Of a stretch of DNA of 64,000 nt, positions 31,459-40,857 are shown piece after piece. The notes under the pieces were generated by a model. The model was given only the letters and a program-made list of their open reading frames with translations, was not told where the DNA came from and did no database searches. Position numbers and translations under genes: made by a program. Each line of letters starts with the position of its first letter. The stretch's first letter is position 1. Source of the stretch: an uncultured candidate division Zixibacteria bacterium (lineage in GTDB: Bacteria > Zixibacteria > MSB-5A5 > UBA10806 > 4484-95); NCBI GenBank assembly GCA_963668625.2, contig CAXXKA010000010.1, forward strand, positions 96,001-160,000, read 5' to 3'.

Positions 31459-32499
31459 TTGGCTATGCGTATTGCGATGCTCTCACCGATTGCCTGGCGC
31501 ACCCCGCCGCGACACTATGGCCCGTGGGAAAGTGTGGTCTCCCTTCTAACCGAAGGATTGGTATCACGCAACCATGACGTTACTCTTTTCGCAACTGGCG
31601 ATTCGATAACAAGCGGCAAGCTACATGCCGTATGTGCGCGGGGATATGAAGAAGATCATTCCATTATACCTAAAGTATGGGAGTGCTTGCACATTTCAGA
31701 ACTTTTCGAGCACGCAGAGGAGTTCGACATTATCCACAATAATTTTGATTTTCTACCATTGACCTATACCAGCTTTATTACCACGCCGGTTGTTACCACC
31801 ATTCACGGCTTTTCATCGCCGGGGATTCTGCCGGTTTACAAGAAATACAATAACAAAGTGTTCTATGTTTCCATCAGCGAAGCCGATCGATCGCCGGATC
31901 TTGACTATATCAAGACTATTCATCACGGCATAGATATAAATCAGTTTGATTTTCAGCCGGAGCCGGATGATTATCTGCTTTTTTTCGGGCGTATTCATCA
32001 TGACAAGGGTGCCAGAGAAGCCATTGAAATAGCCAGGACATGCAATAAAAAGCTTATATTAGCGGGAATCATTCAGGATGATACCTACTATCACCAGTAC
32101 GTCGAATCGTATCTGGACAACGTTAATGTTGTTTATGCCGGTAGCGTAGGGCCTGACAAGCGTAACCAACTTCTGGGCAAGGCAAGCGCTCTTTTGCATC
32201 CCATAAATTTCAATGAGCCTTTTGGCCTGTCTGTCATAGAATCCATGGCTTGCGGTACTCCGGTAATTGCTTTTAACAAGGGCAGTATGCCCGAAATTAT
32301 AGAAACCGGTAGTAATGGCTTTCTTGTTAATACAACAAGTGAAGCAATAGATGCTGTTGCACATATAAGTGATATTGACCGGGCGAGCTGCCGTCGCCGG
32401 GTTGAGCAGCATTTCACCAGCAGTCACATGGTTGAACAATACATTCAGGTTTATGAAAACATTATCGAGAAGAAGATAATAGAGGAGCACAGGAGCTGA
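31459..32499 (+). CDS. GT4 glycosyltransferase
   Basis: PPRHYGPWE, FFGRIHHDKG and EPFGLSVIESMACGTPV motifs. Confidence 0.9.
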   Translation: MAMRIAMLSPIAWRTPPRHYGPWESVVSLLTEGLVSRNHDVTLFATGDSITSGKLHAVCARGYEEDHSIIPKVWECLHISELFEHAEEFDIIHNNFDFLPLTYTSFITTPVVTTIHGFSSPGILPVYKKYNNKVFYVSISEADRSPDLDYIKTIHHGIDINQFDFQPEPDDYLLFFGRIHHDKGAREAIEIARTCNKKLILAGIIQDDTYYHQYVESYLDNVNVVYAGSVGPDKRNQLLGKASALLHPINFNEPFGLSVIESMACGTPVIAFNKGSMPEIIETGSNGFLVNTTSEAIDAVAHISDIDRASCRRRVEQHFTSSHMVEQYIQVYENIIEKKIIEEHRS

Positions 32500-32501
32500 C
32501 T

Positions 32502-33443
32502 ATGGCAATTAAAGATTCTATCGTAAAACGCTATAATAAAAATCCGATTCTCACCAAAGATGATGTTCCTTACCCGGTAGCCACGGTTCATAATGCCGGT
32601 ATCGTCAAACATAACGACCGCTACATTATGCTATTCAGATCACACCAGTATAACGGACGCTCCATCATCGGCAGAGCTGATAGCGAGGATGGTTTCTCCT
32701 TTAAGGTTCACCCCAAACCTTTTCTCACACCCGCAACGGATCATATATTTGCGGAATATGAGGAGTTCGGAATCGAGGACCTAAGGATCTGTCCGGTAGA
32801 GGACGACTATCTGCTTACCTATAGCGCGTATTCACGTCACGGCGTCCGGATTGCTCTTGCGCGCACCGGGGATTTTGAAAAAGTTGAACGAGTTGCGTTA
32901 ATAACCCAGTCCGACCTTCGCAATGTCGTTATTTTTCCAGAAAAGTTTGATGGCCGCTATGCGCGTCTTGACCGGCCGCATTCCGAAATTTCGCCCTGGT
33001 CTATCTGGATTTCCTATTCTCCCGATCTGGTTCACTGGGGCGATTCGCGGGTGATTATGAAACCGGTTCCTTATCACTGGGATGAAATGAAAATCGGGCC
33101 GGGCGCACCGCCTTTCAAAACTGATAAGGGCTGGCTGCATATTTATCATGGAGTATTTAAAACTATGGCCGGTTCGGTGTACCGTCTTGGAGTGGCTCTG
33201 CATGACCTTAACGATCCTGCGAAAATCATCGGTGTTTCCGATCAGTGGATATTACAGCCTGAAGACCTCTGGGAAGTGAGCGGCTATGTGCCCAATGTTG
33301 TTTTTACATGTGGGGTTGTTCCTGAAGCCGACGGTACAGTGAAAATATACTGGGGCGGCGCTGATACGGTCATGTGTGCCGGTACGGCAACGATTGATGA
33401 TTTTGTACAGCTATGTCTTACAAATACAAGGTCAGCACTATAA
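32502..33443 (+). CDS. GH130 beta-mannoside phosphorylase-like protein
   Basis: EDLRI, LRNVVIFPEK, LDRP, KIGPGAPP, YHGV and GYVPNVVF motifs. Confidence 0.85.
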   Translation: MAIKDSIVKRYNKNPILTKDDVPYPVATVHNAGIVKHNDRYIMLFRSHQYNGRSIIGRADSEDGFSFKVHPKPFLTPATDHIFAEYEEFGIEDLRICPVEDDYLLTYSAYSRHGVRIALARTGDFEKVERVALITQSDLRNVVIFPEKFDGRYARLDRPHSEISPWSIWISYSPDLVHWGDSRVIMKPVPYHWDEMKIGPGAPPFKTDKGWLHIYHGVFKTMAGSVYRLGVALHDLNDPAKIIGVSDQWILQPEDLWEVSGYVPNVVFTCGVVPEADGTVKIYWGGADTVMCAGTATIDDFVQLCLTNTRSAL

Positions 33444-33512
33444 TAAAGTAAATGGACATCTCTAAATTGGATTATTTATCAAGGAACCCCGGATGATGAC
33501 CGAGACAGTACT

Positions 33513-34976
33513 ATGCATCTAAAAATCAAACGTAAGAAGAAAAAAATCCTGGGTGATTCCTCACGCGTCATTACCAGGCTTCATATGCCCGACAGCGCAC
33601 ATCGTATACTTAAAATCATTCAACGCATAGTTGACTTGCCTGACACGACGGCTGAAAATCTGCTTGAACAAATAATGCTTGATTTTTCCGAACGGCACAG
33701 AGACATCAAACGCGTTTTTAGGCATCACCTGAATAAGTTAAAGGATTATATTCCCCCAAATGCCGAGATCAGCGAAACTAAAAGAGCTCTTATCGGAGCC
33801 TATTTTACCATGGAGTACTCCATTGAATCGGCCGCTCTTTTTAACCCTTCCATCGTTCCGCACCCCGATCAGAGCCAACTTGACAAGGGCAACATGCGCT
33901 TTATCATGAGCCTCAGGGCAACCGGCGAAGGTCATGTATCTTCTATTGTATTTCGTAGCGGCCGTCTTGACCGGGATAATACGATTCTCTTTGACCCTAT
34001 CAGCGATTATGTTGAAACACCGGATCTTCGATTAGATTCGGTTTACGACCGGCATCTATTCCGGCTAAAGATTGACGAAATGGAGGCCTGCAACGAGATA
34101 ACAGCTTATATACTCGGCCGTCTGCCGGAAACCTTCACCTATAATGAATTAAGGAAACAGATTGGGGACCTTATCTTACAGCCTGTTTTCTCCGAGGCGC
34201 GCCAGAATGAGACATTCGAGGTCATGTTCTGGCTTATTAATTCCAACTATGAGGTGAGTTTTCGATCCGATCACCGAATTTCCGAACGAGTTATCTTTCC
34301 GGTTTCGAAAAACGAAAGCCGAGGCATTGAAGACGCCCGATTCGTGCAATTCACTGATGATAACGGTGAGGTTACCTATTACGCGACCTATACGGCTTAT
34401 AATGGTTACAATATCCTTCCACAGCTAATTGAGACAAAGGATTTTATCAAATTTAACATATTAACTCTAAACGGCAAGGCTGCACAGGACAAGGGTATGG
34501 CTCTTTTTCCGCGTAAGATTGATGATCGTTACGTTATGCTCTCTCGCCAGGATGGTGAAAATAATCACATCATGTTTTCAGATAATATCCATTTCTGGCA
34601 AGAGTCCAAAATTATACAGGAACCGACATTTCCCTGGGAATTTATTCAAATCGGCAACTGTGGTTCGCCCCTGGAAACCGATGATGGATGGATTGTACTT
34701 ACTCACGGTGTCGGGCCTATGCGCGAGTATTGCATTGGTGCCATGCTACTTGACCTGGAAAACCCGGTAAAAATGATCGCACGCTTGGAAGAACCGTTAC
34801 TTGCACCGCGTGAGGAAGAGCGCGAGGGGTATGTTCCTAATGTTGTTTATACCTGCGGCGCTATTATACATAATAATGAGTTGGTCATTCCCTATGCCAT
34901 GTCTGATAACATGTCCGGCATAGCGACCGTTAAAGTAAGTGATTTAATCAATTGTATGCATACGATTAGGGAGTGA
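33513..34976 (+). CDS. Long GH130-family (DUF377) glycosidase/phosphorylase
   Basis: AALFNPS, GIEDARFV, KGMALFPRK, IGNCGSP and EGYVPNVVY motifs. Confidence 0.8.
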   Translation: MHLKIKRKKKKILGDSSRVITRLHMPDSAHRILKIIQRIVDLPDTTAENLLEQIMLDFSERHRDIKRVFRHHLNKLKDYIPPNAEISETKRALIGAYFTMEYSIESAALFNPSIVPHPDQSQLDKGNMRFIMSLRATGEGHVSSIVFRSGRLDRDNTILFDPISDYVETPDLRLDSVYDRHLFRLKIDEMEACNEITAYILGRLPETFTYNELRKQIGDLILQPVFSEARQNETFEVMFWLINSNYEVSFRSDHRISERVIFPVSKNESRGIEDARFVQFTDDNGEVTYYATYTAYNGYNILPQLIETKDFIKFNILTLNGKAAQDKGMALFPRKIDDRYVMLSRQDGENNHIMFSDNIHFWQESKIIQEPTFPWEFIQIGNCGSPLETDDGWIVLTHGVGPMREYCIGAMLLDLENPVKMIARLEEPLLAPREEEREGYVPNVVYTCGAIIHNNELVIPYAMSDNMSGIATVKVSDLINCMHTIRE

Positions 34977-35391
34977 GTCCTTACATCACAATACGAATGT
35001 AGGGTTCGATCCGCTGACCTTCAATAGAAATTTAATATATGGATTTTGAAATGCTGCTATAAAAATGGGATAAAATTCTCTCGCAATTACCGTCTGCCCC
35101 AGTTCTCAAGGCAATATAAAATGATATAAATATTCAAACATTGCCTGATATTGCAACTTCTATACAATAGTTTGCTATCAATCATGTAATATTCTATAGC
35201 GTTTTAAGACAGTGCTTAAATATCTGACCTTCGGGTTCGGGGAGGCACTAAAACGCGCGGTTACCTGATTTAAGAAAATCATAAATTTTAATTCGTTGTT
35301 TATCAATGAATTGGATTTTACTAGCCATCAAAGAAAACTATGTGTTTAGAATTAGCTGTTAGAAAATCCGGTATCCGAAGGTAATCCCGTC

Positions 35392-35430
35392 AAAAAAGAA
35401 ACTCCCGAAATTTATAAACCTCAGGAGTTT
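35392..35430 (-). terminator. Terminator downstream of tRNA-fMet
   Basis: AAACTCC / GGAGTTT stem with an A-run on the plus strand. Confidence 0.5.
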
Positions 35431-35435
35431 AGTAT

Positions 35436-35512
<77 letters not shown>

Positions 35513-35798
35513 TCGTGTTTTAAGTTGTCAACAATGTAGTGCGAAATCGTCAGCCGGTAATTTACCTCGATAAACTAACGTTTCGCCCAACGTTGCAAAA
35601 CTCCAATATATAGAGCTTTTATTGATTGTCAAGACCTAACTGGATTTATATAATATTATTTACCTTATGTCTACTATTGCGGACATATCACAAACCATAC
35701 GTTTCTAGAATTGCGAAAAAGCTTGTCTAATGAATACTTTTTGATTTAAAATACACCAAGTTCGTTACTATCCACAATGCGAATAGTGAGATAAACCC

Positions 35799-37106
35799 AT
35801 GAAAAAGTTTTTTGCATTCGATAAACTCGGTACTAATTATCATTGCGAGACACTTGGCGGTATAACCACTTTTTTCGCTATGGCCTATATTGTCATAGTC
35901 AATCCCGCTATCCTTGAAAACGCCGGTATCCCACGCGAGGCCTCTATAACCGCAACTATTATTGCAGCTATTGTCGGTACTTTATTGATGGCTTTCTATG
36001 CCAGGCGGCCGTTCGCTATCGCGCCATACATGGGCGAGAATGCTTTTATTGCGTTTACCGTATGCCTGGGGATGGGCTATCCATGGGAAAAAGCTCTGGG
36101 CGCGGTGTTTATCGGCGGTGTCGTATTCGTTATAATAACAGCGCTCAAAATTCGATCCTGGATTGCCAGGGCTATACCTGTATGCCTCAAACGAAGTTTC
36201 GCGGTTGGTATCGGTTTTTTTATCATGTTTATTGGTTTCAACGAAACCGGCCTGATACGTCTCGGTATTGAGGGCGCTCCTGTCAAAATAGGACTTCTAT
36301 CCTCGACCGGCCCGATTCTAGCCATAGTATGCGTCGTGCTCATATGCATACTCATGATATTGAAAACGCCCGGTGCGATTCTTATCGGTATTATAGCTAC
36401 TACGATACTGGCTTATATTTTCGGCGCCGCCGAATTGCCCTCGCAATTATTTTCAATGCCTCCCTCGCTTAAGCCGATATTGTTCAAACTCGATATCAAA
36501 GGCGCGTTGAGTATTGATTTCTGGTCGGTTATCGTGGTTGTTTTCATACTCGATTTCGTCGATACGATGGGCACGTTAATTGGCGTCTCGGCCAGGGCAA
36601 ACCTTCTGGATGACGAATACAATCTGCCTGATATCGAGAAACCCATGATGGCTGATGCTATCGCTACCGTGGTCGGATCGCTGGTCGGAACCTCTACTAC
36701 CGGTACCTATATAGAGTCCTCAGCCGGCATCGAGGCCGGCGCTAAAACCGGATTTGCCTCGCTCGTAACCGCGATAATGTTCGTACTTTGCCTGTTTATC
36801 GCGCCGGTGTTGGTTTCCGTACCGCCGGCGGCATATGGCTCGGCATTAATAGTTGTTGGTTTTTTAATGCTTTCGCCAATCAAAGAAATTCATTTCAACG
36901 ATTACTCGGAGCTGTTTCCCTCTGTGGTAACTATCGCGTTGATGAGTTTCACGTACAATATCGGTCTCGGGATGGCTGCCGGATTTTTCTTATATCCGAT
37001 ACTGAAAGTGATATCAGGGAAAAGCCGCGAACTATCGGCCGGGGTATGGCTAATGTTCATTATTTCCATAATGCTATTCGTATTCTATCCCTATGACAAG
37101 TTGTAA
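35799..37106 (+). CDS. NCS2 (AzgA/PbuG-like) purine permease
   Basis: TTFFAMAYIVIVNP, APYMGENAF, DTMGTL and YIESSAGIEAGAKTG motifs. Confidence 0.92.
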   Translation: MKKFFAFDKLGTNYHCETLGGITTFFAMAYIVIVNPAILENAGIPREASITATIIAAIVGTLLMAFYARRPFAIAPYMGENAFIAFTVCLGMGYPWEKALGAVFIGGVVFVIITALKIRSWIARAIPVCLKRSFAVGIGFFIMFIGFNETGLIRLGIEGAPVKIGLLSSTGPILAIVCVVLICILMILKTPGAILIGIIATTILAYIFGAAELPSQLFSMPPSLKPILFKLDIKGALSIDFWSVIVVVFILDFVDTMGTLIGVSARANLLDDEYNLPDIEKPMMADAIATVVGSLVGTSTTGTYIESSAGIEAGAKTGFASLVTAIMFVLCLFIAPVLVSVPPAAYGSALIVVGFLMLSPIKEIHFNDYSELFPSVVTIALMSFTYNIGLGMAAGFFLYPILKVISGKSRELSAGVWLMFIISIMLFVFYPYDKL

Positions 37107-37315
37107 GCCATGCAAAGTTTATCTCCCGCCTTTGGCAATAAACGAGCATCGTACATAACTCTACCCAATATTATATTATAGCAATATAATAATCAACTAT
37201 TTAGACCTATTTCAATAATAAGCTTGATTTACCGGACCTGTTTCGTTTAATTATTGATTCATGGGGTGAATTTCAGCAGGTTCGTGTAACTCTTTAATTA
37301 TTCGCATCATAGGCT

Positions 37316-38248
37316 ATGACAAAACTGAAAGAAAGAATAAAAGAGAAAGCCAAATCCCTGGGCTTCGATCTGGTTGGTATCGCCCCGGCCGAGTACAGCC
37401 CAATGAGCCATGATAAGTTAATTCGATGGTTGGAGTTGGGCTATAATGCCGACATGGAGTACCTGGCCCGTGCGCCCAGAAAACGTCATGATCCGCGGCT
37501 TTTTTACCGGGATGCCAAATCTATTGTTGTGGTTGGAGCTAATTACTATAAAAAGCCTGACTATAATGACAATCAGCCATATATCTCTATCTATGCCCGG
37601 GGTAAAACATACCAGACCGTAATAAGGCAGAGGTTGGAGAAACTGCTGGATTTCGTGAAACAAATCGAATTAACCGCAGATGGCAAGATCGCCGTCGATA
37701 CCTCGCCGACAGCCGATAAGCTCTGGGCTGTTAATGCCGGTATCGGCTGGCGGGGCAAGAATACTCTGGTGGTCAATAAGAAAGTGGGCAGTTTTATTTT
37801 TCTGGGTGAGCTATTCCTCAATCTCGAACTCCAACCTGATACGCCTGAGGCAGACCATTGTGCTAAATGTGAGGCATGTGTCGAATCGTGTCCAACGGGA
37901 GCGCTGGAGCAACCGTATAACCTGAATGCGAGTAAATGTATCTCCTACCTGACAACCGAATGCAAAAGCGATATTGCCAACCCGGAAATGATAGGCAACA
38001 ATCTGTTTGGTTGCGATATTTGCCAGCTCGCTTGCCCGTTCAATAATAAGGCTATAGAAACGAATTCACCGGATTTCGTGACACAATATTCCCAATCTCC
38101 CGATATCGATCATCTGAAAAAACTAACCGAGATAATTTTTAAAAGTAGATATCAGGGAACTACTATAGCAGAATATGGTTATAAGATAGTATACAGGAAT
38201 GCCAATATTGTTCTCAGTAATTTAAAGGCAACACATAATAGGTCTTAA
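37316..38248 (+). CDS. queG: tRNA epoxyqueuosine(34) reductase
   Basis: AGIGWRGKN, CAKCEACVESCPTGA, CISYLT and FGCDICQLACPFN motifs. Confidence 0.9.
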   Translation: MTKLKERIKEKAKSLGFDLVGIAPAEYSPMSHDKLIRWLELGYNADMEYLARAPRKRHDPRLFYRDAKSIVVVGANYYKKPDYNDNQPYISIYARGKTYQTVIRQRLEKLLDFVKQIELTADGKIAVDTSPTADKLWAVNAGIGWRGKNTLVVNKKVGSFIFLGELFLNLELQPDTPEADHCAKCEACVESCPTGALEQPYNLNASKCISYLTTECKSDIANPEMIGNNLFGCDICQLACPFNNKAIETNSPDFVTQYSQSPDIDHLKKLTEIIFKSRYQGTTIAEYGYKIVYRNANIVLSNLKATHNRS

Positions 38249-38322
38249 TTTCTGAAAATACTTGACAAGACTGAATACTTTATTTAATAGATTAACAGCT
38301 AAGTTAATACCAAAAGAAAGAG

Positions 38323-38775
38323 GTGGGTATGCAGATTTCCAGAAAAGCTGATTATGCTATTCGCGCGCTAATCTACGTGGCTGCAATTAACGGGCGAAGG
38401 ACGTGCAGTATCAACGAGATAGCCGAAAACGAGAAAATTCCGCGTGAATACCTGGCCAAAATCCTGAAAGAACTCACGCAGAAAAGCTTTTTAATCAGCT
38501 ATAAGGGTGTCAATGGTGGCTACAAGATTGCCAAACCACGTGAGGAAATATCCTTCTTAGATATTCTTGAGGCTACTCAGGGACCGTTCGTGCTCAGCTC
38601 GTGCAATCAGGACTATCATGACGAACCCGGCTGTAAAGGCAAAGAAGATTGCGCCTCATTCGCATTCTGGGATGGCCTTCACGGCAAGCTCAAAAGTATC
38701 ATGGCCGATATGAATCTGGGCAAGATCGATTATAGTAAATATTATAATTTTGATCAGGAGAAAGCTCAGGCTTAG
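38323..38775 (+). CDS. Rrf2-family regulator with three C-terminal Cys (IscR-like)
   Basis: ADYAIRAL, YLAKIL, GVNGGY and C-x9-C-x5-C; TTGACA at about 38262 upstream. Confidence 0.88.
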   Translation: MGMQISRKADYAIRALIYVAAINGRRTCSINEIAENEKIPREYLAKILKELTQKSFLISYKGVNGGYKIAKPREEISFLDILEATQGPFVLSSCNQDYHDEPGCKGKEDCASFAFWDGLHGKLKSIMADMNLGKIDYSKYYNFDQEKAQA

Positions 38776-38863
38776 TTCTCGGATTGATTTCGCTCGTTTC
38801 CCGGTGTGAATACACGCTTTGTTCGGGCGATAAAGCCAATTCTTGTGTGGTAGAAAATATTAT

Positions 38864-39868
38864 ATGAGTACACCGAAAGCCGTAGCGCTTTATTCGGGCG
38901 GCCTCGATTCCACCCTGGCCATTATCGTGATGGCGAAACATGGGGTGAAAATCGAGGCCTTACATTTCTATACCGATTTAATACCCGAAAAATATCTTTC
39001 GGATTTCAGTGTGCGCCTGGAAGCCGATGCCGCGAAATTCGGCTTTAGCCATCACAGTATCCATCTGGGGGACAAATTCTACGATATTATCAAAAATCCC
39101 AAACACGGCTATGGTAAAAATCTAAATCCCTGTATCGATTGTAAAATCCTGATGATACGCGAGGCGGGTCGGTACATGCGCGAAACCGGCGCCGATTTCG
39201 TTATCTCCGGCGAGGTGGTCGGCCAGCGGCCCATGTCGCAGATGCGTCAGACTATTTACATGATTGAAAACCGCGCCGGGATGGAGAACCTGGTCGTTCG
39301 GCCGCTTTCCGGCAGAATACTGGAACCGACTATCCCGGAGGAGAACGGTTTAATCGAGCGTGAGTGGATGCTGGATATTAACGGTCGTTCCCGAAAGACT
39401 CAATTCGAGATGGCGGCAGAGTATGGCCTGGAGGATTACGAGTCGCCTGCCGGGGGATGTCTTCTGACCGACTGCAATTACGCTGTCAGGCTCGAAGACT
39501 TAATGGCGCACAATATCCCGATGACATCCGGCGAAATGTTCTTGCTTCGCCTTGGACGGCATTTCCGTTTATCGTATACGACCAAGCTTGTGGTAGGACG
39601 GGATGAGCCGGATAACGATGCTATCGAGGAGCTGATACGACCGGAGGACTATGTGATTGAGGTTAAAGATGCCGGTTCCCCTATAGCAATCCTTCGCGGA
39701 AAACCGACCGAAAGCGAGATAGAGCTGGCGGCCGCGATAGTGGCGGGTTACAGTTCTGTCAGAAAAGATACTACCGTGACTGTCGATATCGATCGGGGAA
39801 ATACCGGTCATAAGGTAGAGGTAGTGCCGGTTGGCCAGGATATCCGGAGCAGGTATATTATCCAGTAA
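38864..39868 (+). CDS. ThiI/MnmA-like PP-loop tRNA sulfurtransferase (DUF814-associated type)
   Basis: SGGLDS PP-loop, NPCIDCK, GEVVGQRPMSQ, PAGGCLLT and GRHFR motifs. Confidence 0.8.
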   Translation: MSTPKAVALYSGGLDSTLAIIVMAKHGVKIEALHFYTDLIPEKYLSDFSVRLEADAAKFGFSHHSIHLGDKFYDIIKNPKHGYGKNLNPCIDCKILMIREAGRYMRETGADFVISGEVVGQRPMSQMRQTIYMIENRAGMENLVVRPLSGRILEPTIPEENGLIEREWMLDINGRSRKTQFEMAAEYGLEDYESPAGGCLLTDCNYAVRLEDLMAHNIPMTSGEMFLLRLGRHFRLSYTTKLVVGRDEPDNDAIEELIRPEDYVIEVKDAGSPIAILRGKPTESEIELAAAIVAGYSSVRKDTTVTVDIDRGNTGHKVEVVPVGQDIRSRYIIQ

Positions 39869-39979
39869 GTTTTTAGATTTACGAGTTTTTCTCTAGCATC
39901 CTTTTCTAACATATAAATTTATAATATAGCGTTGATGACGATATATTTGACTTGAACTAATTATCCGCAATATGATCAT

Positions 39980-40175
39980 ATCGATACTAACGACTGATGT
40001 AGCCGGTAATTCTATGATAATAGCTATATTCGACAGTTCTGGCAATAACCTCTCCGAAAGCGGCAGCGCACCGGGTGACCAGATTACCTAAACCGGCCGC
40101 GAGTTTGGTTATTACTACTACCGCGCCGGATACTACGACTTGATAATCGGCAGATTCACCGCTGCTGAAATAAAT
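39980..40175 (+). pseudogene. Degenerate RHS-repeat-associated core fragment
   Basis: Plus frame from 39996 reads DVAGNSMIIAIFDSSGNNLSESGSAPGDQIT*TGREFGYYYYRAGYYDLIIGRF; internal stop, and DxETGL is partly deleted. Confidence 0.7.
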
Positions 40176-40562
40176 TGCAGGATCAGACAATCTTAAAATT
40201 GTGGTTCAAGCCATACCCGAGTGACAATGAGCTAGTCGACTATGTACGATAAGAAATAGTATTTGAAAAATATTAAAACAGTGGCAGTATTAAAACGCAT
40301 ATTATTTCTAAACTAAAAGAATTTTTTTTAAAACAACGGTTTGGCTGTCGGTGATATCGTATGCTCTTAGTCTGTGGGCGTTTATTGGCGTTATAATAAA
40401 TGCTCCCCATAAAACCATGCAGTCCAAAAGAGATTTGGTTTGAAAATAGATTTGCAAATTCTAAAAAACTAAAATATAATTGCCCCGAGCTAAGTAATGA
40501 TGGAAGTTGAAATCGCGGGAGCGCTTAGAGATAAGTTAATATATCATAAATAGTTATAAATC

Positions 40563-40740
40563 CTTTCAGGTTCTAGTATAGATTAATAGGGAATTCCGTG
40601 CGAATCGGAAGCACACCCGGTGCTGTGATGGGGAACGAAAGATAATAAGTCCGTATTCGGATGAAAAGCCACTGTTCCGGTTTAACGGTATGGGAAGGCT
40701 TATCGAGTAGAATGATCCCAGAGCCAGAAGACCTGCCGAA
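40563..40740 (+). ncRNA. Cobalamin (B12) riboswitch
   Basis: AGGT...TAATAGGGAA, CCCGGTGCTGTGA, GCCACTG...GGGAAGGC and B12 box GAGCCAGAAGACCTGCC; upstream of B12-independent nrdD. Confidence 0.92.
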
Positions 40741-40807
40741 GGGAATATAGTCATTTTACATGCGGTGATCTGATAAAATGAATCGAGTGCCAAGTAAAAC
40801 GGGTGCA

Positions 40808-40840
40808 GCCTCGTTCATAAAAAGCGAGGTATTTTTTTTT
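40808..40840 (+). terminator. Riboswitch expression-platform terminator
   Basis: GCCTCGTT / AAGCGAGGT plus T9, 17 nt before the nrdD ATG. Confidence 0.8.
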
Positions 40841-40857
40841 CAAAAAGGTAGATAGAA

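Noticed and set aside
35226-35237. GACCTTCGGGTT matching the tRNA-fMet as an att-site duplicate
   Set aside because: Only 12 bp, not the tRNA 3' end, and no integrase; may be chance.
35640-35798. Purine riboswitch upstream of the NCS2 permease
   Set aside because: Conserved aptamer elements (ATATGG loop, TTTCTACC, CCGTAAA) are not found in the right arrangement.
38258-38282. IscR type-1 operator upstream of the Rrf2 gene
   Set aside because: Only the left half (ATACTTGAC) matches, and it coincides with the -35 box.
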